Below, piece by piece: positions 1 through 12,100 of a stretch of 64,000 bases of DNA. Source of the DNA: Basidiobolus meristosporus CBS 931.73 (taxonomy: Eukaryota; Fungi; Basidiobolomycota). Both the position numbers and the translations under genes were made by a program. Under the pieces are notes generated by a model that saw only the letters and a program-made list of their open reading frames with translations, was not told where the DNA came from and ran no database searches. Every line of letters begins with the position of its first letter. Positions within the stretch are counted from its first letter, which is position 1. The DNA lies in assembly GCA_002104905.1 (NCBI GenBank), contig MCFE01000211.1, positions 63,748 to 127,747 of the forward strand, read 5' to 3'.

Positions 1-1680
1 ACGAGAAGCCTAGCTTGAAAAGCGATCGATGTAAGTGTCGTCTCTACCTTTCGTGTAAGACCATGGAACTGATATGTCTATTAGTCAACAAAAAAGGAAA
101 GAGGAAGTCTAAGAAGAAGGATCGCTCACCGTCCCCAGAGTTGGCCCCTATTGTTTTCCAACCTGAGGAGATGCCTGAAGATGCTATGGGCTCCGGAAGT
201 GATGACGATTCTAAGCTAGCCAAACCCGTGGCCAAGGCTGGGCTTCTGGATCATGATTTCTCGGGACTACTTTCTGTCGATCTGTCGAAGCCACTAGGTG
301 CTGATGAGGTAATTATACGTTAGGTATCAATGGTAGGTTGTCATACCCCGTTAACCTCGAGACCTTTTATGCAGAAACCGCCACAATTGGCTGCCTATGC
401 AAGCCCTGATGAATTGAGGCGAATGGAAGAGTCCAAGATGTTGAAGAAAAAGGGCAAAGGTGTCAAGAAGGTAACGATTAGGATTTTTTACTGCGCCAAG
501 GAATACGGTCATGAATACGTTGATTACTTCAGGAAAAACCCGCCAAAAGCAAATCCAAGAAATCCAAAAAGAAGGAGGAGCCGGCTGCCATTGAATCCCA
601 GGATTTGATTAACCTGAGTGTGGAGCCCAAACCCGCCAAGGTACTAGCGCTTTTATTGATCGCTTAGATGTACGCTTATTAACTCAACTTGACCATCAGA
701 AATCCAAGAAAAAGTCATCCAAAAAGCCCGAGCGAGAGGCGGAAACTGTAAAAGAAGCTCCGACGGAAGAGCTAATCAACATGTCCAACGACGACAACGC
801 TTCGGAGGTTCTTGCCCAGGACGAAAACGTCACAATAGTAAGTGGACCTTGAGGGCACCTGTTTGCTTGTTAGATTTTGACTTGCCAAATGTAGAAGCAC
901 GCAGTACGCTGTTCCACTGCAGAAAACTCCCAGACAATGTTGGGCACATTTATCCCAGCATTGAGTATCGATTTGGATTTGCACCATCAAGGATCAGATC
1001 ATACTCCCTTGTCAGCTATGGAATTGAGCCTGACCCCATCGGCTAATCTTCGGTATGAACAATTGAATGAACAAAACATCATTCCAATCAACGAACCACT
1101 CTCCCCTGGTGACCGCAAGGTGTTGACCCTAAGGGCATTAGTTCTGGACGAATCTTATGCCGATATGAAATTGCAAGGCTCGTTCTTTTATGTCAAACAG
1201 GTACTGAATTCAATGGCAAACCAACAACATCACGGCATCCCCGTTAACAAGTTTCTTTATTAGCACGAGGATGGAACCATCTCTAGACACTCGGTTGATT
1301 TCGACCATAGTATCCCACTCTCAGTACTTATGGCCCCAGTGGAGCCAATCTCACCAGAAGCCTTCAGCGCTTGTCTCTCGAATTTCGAGGAGTTCCAGCA
1401 CACGGCCACCACTAGCTTCGTAGCCAAGAATGCCACCACTGAGGAGGATTTCAAGAGCGTTCTCAATGCCATCACGCGCATCTGCGGCGTTCATGTTGTC
1501 GAACAAATACCAGGCGCCAGCTCCATTTATGGCAAAGCGATCCAAGGGTTCCAAATTGCAGGACTGATCAAACTGAACGGGCATACAACAGAGGGGATGG
1601 AACTGTCACTACAACTGAAAAGCTCCAATGAGCGATTCATCACCGGATTGGTCCACGCGGTGGAAAGCCAATATCCCTAG
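1..1680 (+). CDS. APL5: AP-3 complex delta subunit, 3' part (spliced; 5' end lies outside the window)
   Basis: Last exon reads ...HVVEQIPGASSIYGKAIQGFQIAGLIK...SQYP*, matching the AP3D1 C-terminal ear/platform motif as I recall it (VVE..D..ASMY.RSIQG..V..LVK). It is preceded by a Lys-rich hinge. GT-AG introns are visible, e.g. 31-84 and 309-374. Internal exon boundaries are only partly resolved. Confidence 0.85.
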
Positions 1681-3119
1681 TCATCTCTCTCTCAACTATA
1701 TATAATATGCATTAATCTAGAAAAGCCTGTGGTGTACATCAACCAGCAGAAATGTCTGCCACCCACATGGATTAGTACGAGTATAGCCTGTAAATAGGTT
1801 TGAAGCCTAGAAATCATCCCATTTTATTTGATGAATAAATTCGACTGTTTCGCTTCCATCGGCACCATCGTCTGTTTCGCCTCCATTGGCTCCACCGACT
1901 CCTTGTATCTCAACGCTCGAGTAGATATTGTGTTCAGGATTGCTCTACAAATGGATCCCATTCATGGATCCCATTCACTCCATCATTGCGACCATATCCA
2001 CCACATATCCACATATATAGCAGCATTGGGTCCAATGGAATCAAGTCATAGTAGCAACATTGTATGCTTCCGTGCTTTAATTGTATAGATTTCATGCGGC
2101 CACGTCAGATCCAATAATCTCGGTTAGGACAATACTCATTTGGATTCATTTCTCTGCCTGATACATTGATACACTGCCTGCAAATCAATGAGATTTGGCT
2201 TAGAGACCAGCTTGATCCATCACCCCTCGAGATTATAAAGTCTCCACGGATCCGCCAGCTCCTCCTTCGCCGCACCCCTTCGCACTTTTCTGAGCACATA
2301 GACCGGCATATACTTGGCTGCCCCACTTCAGATATACATGTACATATACTTTGGTCAGCTTGCTCCAAACCACCACGTAGACTCACCTCTTAGCTATTCC
2401 AGCCAGCTTGCTTCAAATCAACCATAGTACCACGTAGACTCCCCCTTCCATTCATGACTTCCACCGTTAACCCCAAACGAACACTCGACATAGAGATAGG
2501 CGAAGGCCACCGTTTCAAATTTAAAAAGTGCTATCATATCAACCCCTCCAATCCTCTGGTTTCCAGTGCTGCCACAACCCTTACTACCCTGACGATAGAA
2601 TCAGTCAGCACTACTGGGCAACCGGAGAAAGCCTATGTCAAAATGGAATTAGATAGAACAATACCTGATTATGTATTGCGCCGTAGGAACGCTATTGTCC
2701 AGGAGAGCCTGGTGCCGTCTTCTCCCGCTGTTGTGGGTGGAGCGAAAGGAAACTTCTAGGTTTTGTGTCGAGACACGAGCTACATGTGTTATGAAGATCC
2801 GATAGAAACGCTGGGTGCAACTGGGCAATACGCTTTCATCAGTGGATGAGAAGGCAGAACGATCAGATGGTGGATATCTATGTTGAATCACATATTTAAC
2901 TTGCAATACTCAGATTAGAATGGTTCATGTTGCATCATGATCATGGCTTATAAATAATATAATTGTAGTAAAGTAACATTCTCTGGTCTTTTTCCGATTG
3001 TAAATCATGGCTGTGAGCTAAGCCACCGGCATCATTCGCTTAAATTGAGGGGGGGGATTTATTTACATGAGCGTTATCTAAGGAGTGAATTAGGTCCCTT
3101 GGCTTGAAAGCAACCCGCC

Positions 3120-4619
3120 TTAACTGATCATAAGTTTCTGCAGATGCGCGTAGTATTCGGCGTAGTCTAGATATTTGGATGGTTAATACATGTTGCTGCT
3201 TGATGGGGCGATATTGAACGCAGGGCCTACAATCCTCTCTTTCCAGAATCTCTTCTGGATCATACTGCTCTGTTTGCTCAGTAAATTCTAAACTGGTGTC
3301 TATGGCCGGGTTGACTGCCTGTGGTTTGGCGATCATCCCTGTGATGGTGCTCTTCAAATACCAGGCTGGTAAGGCATTTTGCTGCCTAAACATTCAACAA
3401 ATACTTGAGTCCTGTGAATATGGGAACCGCCAGATGTTGGAATGGTACCGTTTCTTTTCAAGCTCCAGCTCACGTGCCCTAGAACTATCCTTCTTGTCAT
3501 CTTCGAATATAATTCGCACCTCTCCTGCAGCCATTCCCGTATCTTGTGCGTAGCTGAGCTCCCGGTCGAATGCAGACGATCCTGTTCACAGAAGGGTTGA
3601 TTAACATCCACGTCCTGTTGGCTGATATGTGAAAGTCTAGCTTACGTGCGCCGGAATCCCCATTTTTAGCGTTTGCATCTTTTGAATCGTCACCAAGGCC
3701 TTCCAGGGAGAAGCTAAAACCAGACAGATGCATTGAGTAGAAATTCAACGGGAACATTCGTCTTACAAACAACTTACGCTGGCATCACAAGATCATCCGT
3801 TAGTTTGAGAAGTTCAATGATTGGCTTCGACTGCTCCATCAACCTGAGTGATATCAACCCCATTAGAACCATTGGACCCCTATGTTTCTTCAGGACATGG
3901 ATCTTACTTCGAATGGAACTCCTCCGAGGATTTCACATTGTCCGCGTTGTCATTTTCCTTTAGCTCACTGCTACAGATCTCACAATGAAAAAGAAAAGTC
4001 GTCATGTCCATGAGCGATTGGACCTCCAGGGCACTGTAGGTTTTTCCGCACATAGGACATACGTATCCCTTATTGTCGAGTTCCTAGCAGGGTGACGAAA
4101 GGGTGAACAAGGCACCAGGACCAGAAGCGCGAGTAAACCTCCCACTTACACTGCGCATCTTGGTTCGGACCAACTCACGCATTTTGTACATCTTCCACTT
4201 CACCACGTCCACAAATTGTTTGTAATCGATATAATAATACGTCTTGTCCACCGCGCGTTGCTCGGGTCTGCGGGACTCCTTCTTCGTCATGCTAGCAAAG
4301 AAACCAACAGCGCTCGTTAAGAAGGTGTGGGGGAGACAAGGGTTGACTTGGTTGGTGTGCACTCACACTTTGATGAGACGATCTTCCTTTAGTTTACCGC
4401 ACACTTTATGGACCTCTCTGATAGGTAACTTTAAATACATGGCCAATTCGTCATCTTTGACTCTAAACGTGCAAAAGTGTAAAATGGTGCAGCGCACTAG
4501 GACAGTACCGCATTCCCTACTTACGTTTCGCTTTTACTCAGAGCATCTAGTACAGCCATGTACTTTGGCTCGTAAAAGGCTCGGCCTACTCTAGCCACCA
4601 GATTTCTAAGGATCTCCAT
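3120..4619 (-). CDS. TFA1: General transcription factor TFIIE alpha (large) subunit, spliced
   Basis: Spliced translation from ATG 4619: MEILRNLVARVGRAFYEPKYMAVLDALSKSET/VKDDELAMYLKLPIREVHKVCGKLKEDRLIK, then KTYYYIDYKQFVDVVKWKM, zinc ribbon YVCPMCGKTY...FHCEICSSEL, and QQNALPAWYLKSTI. Intron 1 is 4463-4524. The 3' end (stop at 3120-3122, or ~3040 if a further short intron is used) is uncertain. Confidence 0.9.
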
Positions 4620-4922
4620 TGAACCAACACCAAGGGAGAAAGGAGGGATAAAGAAAAGAAATCAACCACCCAGCACGAGTAAACCCACCAAAATAAACTC
4701 GATCAAATCAAAAAAACCGCCTATGCATCATCCAGTCACACTCCCGACCAAGCCCAGTGGGTCAAGGGGAATCTGGACAACACACCTCGAATCTGGTTTA
4801 AATCTAAACAACTTTCGGTGATTTCCCAAGGTCAGAGGAGGTCGAAAATTTTTGGGAAAAAAGAACCGGTATATCCCATCAAGTGTGCCCTCTACCACGC
4901 TATACTCCACTCGTATTCTACC
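4620..4922. promoter_or_regulatory. Probable bidirectional promoter shared by TFA1 and TIM22
   Basis: The two start codons (4619 on -, 4923 on +) diverge across ~300 bp. The function is inferred from geometry only. Confidence 0.5.
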
Positions 4923-5495
4923 ATGAACGGGCCCTTCAATAGAGAACCCACACCCAAGGAAGTGGAGCTCATCCACTCCGTCATGGAGTCTTGCCCCTTT
5001 AAGTTCGTCAGTAGTGGTGCGATAGGTTTCGCTCTGGGTGGAGTGTTTGGTATCTTTATGTCCAGCATGGATTTCACACCCCCCGAAGCGATCGAGCAAC
5101 CCACACGAGTCCAGCTCAGAAACATGTTGCGAGATATGGGGAAGAAAAGTTACAGCACAGCCAAGAACTTCGCAGTAGTGGGTGCCATATACTCGGGAAC
5201 CGAATGCATTATCGAAGGGGTATGTATCCCGAGCTCTCGCCCCCTCTGCCCCTTCTCCTAGACTAAACGGTTCTCTTGTCTTAGTATCGCGCCAAGAACG
5301 ACCTGTGGAATAGTGTGTCGGCCGGTTGTATTACCGGAGGAATCTTGGCTGCACCAAGTAAGTTCCTCCTCCTCTGCCCTCAGACACAAGCGACTAACGA
5401 TTGGTTCTTTAGCTGGCCCTAGAGGAGTGGTGTTTGGATGCGGTGGGTTTGCCGCATTCTCAGCCGCGATCGATTACTTCCTTAGAGATCATTGA
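4923..5495 (+). CDS. TIM22: Mitochondrial inner-membrane translocase Tim22 (3 exons)
   Basis: Exons 4923-5219, 5285-5357 and 5413-5495 translate to ...MESCPFK...GFALGGVFGIFMSS...MGKKSYSTAKNFAVVGAIYSGTECIIEG/YRAKNDLWNSVSAGCITGGILAAP/TGPRGVVFGCGGFAAFSAAIDYFLRDH*, the Tim17/22/23 family signature. Introns start GTATGT and GTAAGT and end in TAG. Confidence 0.93.
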
Positions 5496-5733
5496 AGTCA
5501 TTCATAATCTTGTAAATTCTCAATAAATCATTGCATATCCTGTACCCAGCCAACCCGCACGAAACTAGCCTGATCTGTGTGAGGGAAAGATCCGTTTCGA
5601 AGACTACCCAGACTTTATATGAAAATCCCCTTGAAATTACAAATAAACCATTAAACATATACTTTCGCGTGATTAAGAAATCTCCCTGAACATAAGCCAA
5701 AGATGCTGGAGACAAGTCAACTGCATAACTATT

Positions 5734-7116
5734 CTAAGCCTGGGTCTGAGAGAGGCCTTCCTTCTCTTTGACTGGGTCTACGTGAGGCAAGGGAAAGGTT
5801 AGTCGATGAACTGCGAGCAGGGTTGGTCTGAAATGGCTTTACCGAAGTAAGGGTGGTCCATGGCCTCCTTGGGGGTCAACCGCTCTTGGTGGTCGTAGCG
5901 CAGCAGCTTGTCCAGGAAATCCAGGGCGGCGGGAGAGACGTATTTCTGATTCTCGGTTGTGATGAATTTGTTCCAGGGCTTACGGGCGTATCTACCAAGG
6001 ATGGAGTTGTACTGGTTGTCCAAACGGATCTCGTATTTGTCGAGATAGGCGAACAATTCGTCGGTGCCAAGGACCTTGGCGATCTTCACCAACTGATCGT
6101 AGTTGTCCTGGCCGTGGAAGAATGGATCCTTGCGGAAGATCATGCCAGCAAACATGCATCCTAAGCTCCACATGTCCAGTGAGTAATCGTATTCCTGAAG
6201 ATCGACAAGAAGCTCGGGGCCTTTGAAGTATCTGGAGGCGACTCGGACGTTGTATTCGGTGCCAGGGTGATAGAATTCAGCGAGTCCCCAGTCGATGAGG
6301 CGAAGCTACAGGGAGAGTATCATGAATGATCCACCCTTGGGCAAGACAACCTTTCGAGAACTTACCTGACGCTTCTCGTGATCAATCATGACATTGTGTG
6401 GCTTGACGTCCCGATGCATAATTCCCTTAGAGTGACAGAAATCCAATGCCTGGATGCGGGTGCTAGGTAAGTCTCAAAGCTCGCCCCATACAGTGGCCAT
6501 TGAACATTACCTTGAGCAGCTCAAATATATAGTACCGGACGTCATAATCGGTAAACTTAGGATACAAAATCTTGAAGTCGATGTTGTTGATGTGCTCAAA
6601 GATGAGGGAGGGGGTTTTGCTCTAACATATCCGAAGGAAGGGTGTCACCAGGGGGTGCAAAAACGACAAGCGCCAGATGGTCTTACCTGAGGGTCTCTGA
6701 CAACATCGTACAGAGTCACGACGTTGATTCCACCAGCCAGGTTTTGCAAGATCTTGATTTCACGCTTGATCTTCTTCTTGCGTACAGGCTTCAGCACTTT
6801 GATGACCACTTTGCGGTCTTTCGCTATGTCGACCCCCTCGAAGACCTCGGAATATTTTCCACGGCCTACTTTACGTACGATCTCATAGTTTTCTTGGCTC
6901 CTAAACAACAGATGGGGGTGAGAATCTTTCTGAAGGCTGGCGGGAAGCAAACTTCGCCACCACCGGCTGCTTCACGTAGGCCCTTCCCAGCCAACCGCAG
7001 GTAAGGTGGAAGACAACTTACCCCCAGGAAACCTGCAGGTTATCGTAGTCCCAGTACTCTCTGGGGAGGGTTTGGTTCACGTTGGCGTAGGTTCTGGCGA
7101 TACTACGAGACGACAT
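5734..7116 (-). CDS. CKA1: Casein kinase II catalytic alpha subunit, spliced
   Basis: [14 protein letters not shown]...[35 protein letters not shown]...[23 protein letters not shown]...[12 protein letters not shown]...[11 protein letters not shown]...[16 protein letters not shown]...[38 protein letters not shown]...[19 protein letters not shown]. Several short GT-AG introns. Confidence 0.97.
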
Positions 7117-7619
7117 GGCGGTTAGGCGAGGTACGGAGCTTAACAAAGCAACGAGTTTCTAGGTAAACAAACACTCACGAGAAACTTTTGGGCTCATTTG
7201 GGTATTTTTTTCGTGGAGATTTGATTTGGTTTGCATCTCGTCCAATTCCCAACAAATCGCTTTTTCCCGATGCCAGCTTGAGCCATTATTTGGGTGTGTG
7301 TTGGCAAATGAGGGTCGCCCCTGGGGCGGGATTGGCTGCCAAGGGATGTGGATTTGGGATGGATCTCTCTTGGTGCCTGAGATGGCCCTCTCCGTCATGT
7401 GCCAGCGTTTGCTGATGGGTCGAGTCTATATGAGGAGCAAGCGGGATTAATTTACTGCATATATTCTGCGCTTATTATACCGGTGGCCTTGGTTGATGTG
7501 ATGTACGTTTTGATTGAGGCTTCTGGAGAGATGCGGAGGTTTTTAATTGACGTGAGATCTTCCTGAACATATTCCACATGTATATTTTACCAAGTATAAA
7601 AGAGAATGCACCGCTTTTC

Positions 7620-8690
7620 TATTCAAGTCAAAAGTGCCTAATCAACTTGTTACAATGCTCCTGCTCAACCAAATATTCACATGAACTAAATCTACTTGCA
7701 ATCAAAGATATACAAACTTGCCTCTAACCAATAGCTTTGTAAATATGTCTGCAATCAATTGGCCAGTAAGCCAAGATAGGTAACCTATCTTTTATAGCTT
7801 CTCTGAAGAAACCATGGTGAATATCCAGAATCTTGGCTATAGCATGCAGGTTGGATTTCTACCAAATTGGATGTTTCCTTGCCTATTTTGAGATTCAGTG
7901 GTGAAGGATTTTTGATATACCCCCAAGATCATTAAGAAGTCTCCCTACCTCAGTGCTTGCTTTGTGGCCTTGCAGGTATCCATATACTTGGCTTTTGCAG
8001 TGGAAAGTGCCACATTCAGGCTGTTTTCTTGAATATCTAAGCAGATCCTCTACGGGACCTTTCTAATCTTAATGCATGAGTTGTTAGTTTTGCAATTATA
8101 TCCCAGGTATTCACTCAAGCTAGTCACTTGGACTGTAGTCTACAAATCTTAGAGAACCCTGCCAAAAGTTCTTGTTGGCGATTTACTTCAGGTCAATCCC
8201 AAGAAGGAGCATGGTCAGAATTCTCCAAGATTTGTAGGTAATAATATAAGTGACTAAGTTAGGGCAAAATTATAGGTGTAACTAAAAGCTTTTACAGCAG
8301 TCCCACTCAACTAAACTAGTCATATTAGCTAGTCCATAACTGATGATGTAAGGTATCAAATTTGTCTCTAGCTAATGGTATTGTAAATATGTCTGCAAAC
8401 ATTTCATACTGTAGGACAGTAATATAAGGTAACTAAATTATTTGCTATAGCTTTCACTATGAAAAAATGTTTAACATATATGTGCTCAGTCCTAGCATGA
8501 CAAGTTGGATTATTACCTAATTCTATACATCCTTGATATTTTAGAACTATTGAAGTAGGGACTTTTAGACATAGTAAATAATTCTTTAAAAAGTACTCTT
8601 AGACACATTGCTTCCTTTGAAGCCAACAGGCTGCCACATACTCTGTCTCTGTGGTGCCAAGTGCAACAGTTGCTTGCTCTCTTGGATTAT
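7620..8690 (-). mobile_element. Highly decayed Ty1/copia remnants (two RNase H pieces, partial LTR end and PPT)
   Basis: Recognisably similar to the RNase H/PPT/LTR junction of the copia at 9128-13813, e.g. gtcccactcaac at ~8300 vs ctcccactcaac at 9477. No intact ORF. Confidence 0.6.
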
Positions 8691-9127
8691 ATGAAATTGC
8701 TCCTTTGCAGTACCCTATGAAAAATAATCTGGTTCCACATGGTGGATCCAATCCAAATCAGCCAGTCAGGATCCTGTCTGGAGACCACCATAATACCAGC
8801 AGCTTGGAGTTAGTGACCCACTTGACAATCTTATGACAGGCTCACAATGGCATTTTGCTAATTCTACTGCCAAATAAAGTTATAATACTTGATGGGGTTT
8901 GATTGGTGATGTGACAATAATTGCATGGCAATGTTACAGTCTTAATGTGCTCTACAATTATTTTAAATGGATCTAACTAGGCAGTACATCCAATTGCCTT
9001 ATATGGCAAAAAACTTGATGGTATTTTGACTACAGCTAGTTCTGTATAATGATTCTGTACCAATTTACCAAGTAGTATTTCCTTTTTCTACCTCCCTTGT
9101 GCAATTCATATATTCCACTGTAGAATC

Positions 9128-12100
9128 TGTTGTAAGAGTCTTGGAGATATTGGAAGTGATTGGGAGGACAAGTAGATTATGTGGTTTTCACTTAATGATT
9201 TATTGAATGTAAAAGTAGTATTTATACTTTTACCTGGTCTTGCCATTACAAACATGTAGAATAGGTTAAGGAAGGTCCCAAGAACATGTGTGCAAGGTTT
9301 GGGGCTGTTTGGACAACTTTGAGAACTTTCATGTTCTGGGTACCAGGTATTTTGGTGAAAATACTCTAAGTAAATCCCAACAAGGAATTTGGTCAGTATT
9401 CTCTAGGATTTGAATGTGATGATCTAAGTGACTAAGTTACGTGAATATTTAGGTGGAATTACAAATTTTTACAACACTCCCACTCAACTAAATGTTCATA
9501 CTGACTAGTCCTGATTTTGACCTAAGATATTCAAATTTGTCTCTAGCTAATGGTTTGGTAAATATGTCTGCAATCATTTCATCTGTAGGACAGTAAACTA
9601 AGCTAACTAAGTTATTCTCTATAGCTTCACATATGAAATGATGTCTAATATCTATGTGCTTGGTTCTAGCATGAAAAGTTGGATTTCTACCTAATTTTAT
9701 ACATCCTTGATTATCTTGAAATAAAGTAATAGGCATTTTTTGGCATAGGCCTAAATCTGTAAAAAGTTTTCTTAGCCACATTGCTTCTTTTGTAGCTTCA
9801 CAGGCTGCCATATACTCTGCCTCTGAGGTGGAAAGTGCTACAGTTGGTTGCTTTCTTGAATTCCGTGAAACTGCTCCTTTACAGTAAAGAAAGGTGTATC
9901 CTGTGGTGGATCTTCTGTCTTCTAAATTTTGTCCCCAATCAGCATCAGAGTATCCCACAAGATCCTGTTCTGAATCCTTATAAGTGTATCTTAAGCAGAT
10001 ATTAGCAGTTCCTTTTAGGTATCTAAAAATCTGCTTAACTGCTGCAATATGATCAGATCCATCAAGTTCTGATTATGTTGGCTGACAACTCCCACTGAAT
10101 ATGAGATATCTGGACATGTTCAAGCATGATATACATCAGACTGCTGGCCATAGATTGATATGGAAAGGTCAGGGCTTTCAGATGGCACCAAGCTCTCTTG
10201 ATTTGGTTGTGTTTTGACCAAGTTAAGGTTTGTCTCCATTGGTGTAGCTGCCGGTTTACAGTCTTCCATTTGGTACTTCTTTAATATATCTTGAATATAC
10301 TTGGATTGGCTTAGGCAGATAGTCTGGGTACTTCTGTCTATGGAGAACTTAATCCCTAAGTAGTACCTGAGTTCTCCTAAATTGGACATCTTGAACTCCT
10401 TAGATAGGCTGGATCTAGTCTCTTCCAATGTTTCTAGGTTATTGGTGGCTATAATAATATCATCCACATATATAGCTAATAGAACTGGATTTGCTCTATC
10501 TGGCTTATAGTATATACTATAGTCAGCATTACTCCTTTTGAAACTCAAAGATTCCAAATAAGAATCTATCTTGCAATTCCAGGCTCTTGGTGATTGTTTG
10601 AGACCATATAGTGACTTTTTAAGCTTGCAGACCAAATGGGGGTTATCTTGGTCAACAAACCCATCATGCTGGTCTATATACATGTCCTCATCAAGTTCTC
10701 CATTCAAATATGCAGTTTTTACATCCATTTGATGAATAAAAACTTATATTTGGCTGCGATAGCCAATATTAATCTGATGGAATTAAACTTGGCTACCAGT
10801 GCAAAGGTCTCAGTATAGTCAAGTCCTTTTGTTTGAGAGTATCCTTTGGCTACAAGTCTTGCTTTGTATCTTTCAATTGTACCATCAGCCTTGTATTTTG
10901 TCTTGAAGACCCATCTGCATCCAATTGATTTTTGGTTGACCGGTAATTTGAGTAAGTCCCATGTTTGATTTTCCATCAGGGCCTGATATTCCTCAGTCAT
11001 TGCAGATCTCCAAAACTTTGTCTGAGGGCCATTTAGGGCCTCTTTTACAGTCTGGGGTTCATCAATATGGACTGAATAGGCATAGGCTAAGTTTGTACCC
11101 TCAGTGATATAGTAATTTGGGCTATTTCTTGTCCAATTGGATCTCCAGGCATTTGATACTGGAATGATCACTTCTGGGATATTCCTGGGCACTGATTCTT
11201 GCTGAACCATGGTTGTAGAGTTCTCTGGAGTGAAAAAGCTCTCATTGTTTTACTCTGATTCAATCCTGACAATTGGCGGACTTGAGATCAAATTTTTGTC
11301 CTCATCTGATATCATTTTTTGTGAAAATTTTGAGTTTTCATCAAACAACACATCCCTGGACTTGATCAGCTTCTTTGCTTTGGTATTGTAGAGTCTGTAT
11401 GCCTTACTCTCATTGCAGTAGCCCAAAAATAAGCATTTTACACTTTTTGGCTCAAATTTTGACTGATTTCTGGCCAGTTTTTTGGCGTATGCTGTACACC
11501 CAAATATTCTTAGATGTTCTGCACTTGGTCTGTATCCATACCATGCTTCAAATGGAGTAGAATCACAAAGTATTCTGTTATAACTCCTATTTTTAAGGTA
11601 TACAGCAGTGGCAACTGATTCCGCCCAAAATCATAGGATAATTTTTGATCATAGATAATTGATCTTGCCATATCAATTATTGATCTGTTAGCTTGTTCTG
11701 CTACTTCATTTTGCTGTGGGGAGTGTGGTAAAATAGTCTCTTGCTTTATCCCATGAATTTTGCAGAAGTGGATGAAGAGTTTTGAGGTATATTCTCCACC
11801 ATTGTCAGAGTGTATTTACTTGATTTTTTCACCAGTTTCTCTCTCCACCATTGCTTTAAGCTCCCTGAGCTTAGACAGAGCTTCTTCCTTTCTCTCCATG
11901 AAGTAGACCCATGTGTATCTTGTATAATCATCAATAAAAGTGATTAAATACTTCATCCTGCCTAAGGATAAATTTTGCATAAGTCCACACAGATCTGAGT
12001 GAATTAGATCTAATTTTTTCTTAGTTTTGATTAACCCAGAGCTCTTGAACGGTTGTCTGGCTTGTTTCCCATATATGCAGGCTTCATAGTGCTTCAAATT

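Noticed and set aside
1840-1980. Short tandem duplications (tgtttcgc(t/c)tccat twice; atggatcccattc twice)
   Set aside because: Only two units each with no spacer structure; ordinary slippage-type duplications, not a CRISPR-like array.
15-7450. Many 60-120 aa ORFs antisense or out of frame to the host genes (e.g. 5853-6164, 6642-7004, 4728-5099, 4244-4594)
   Set aside because: They overlap recognisable spliced genes and are shadow frames with no family motifs.
1-7560. Assignment to a specific fungal taxon
   Set aside because: Short introns, a metazoan-like AP-3 delta ear and repeat-restricted CpG loss hint at a non-ascomycete, possibly early-diverging fungus, but this cannot be settled without a database search.
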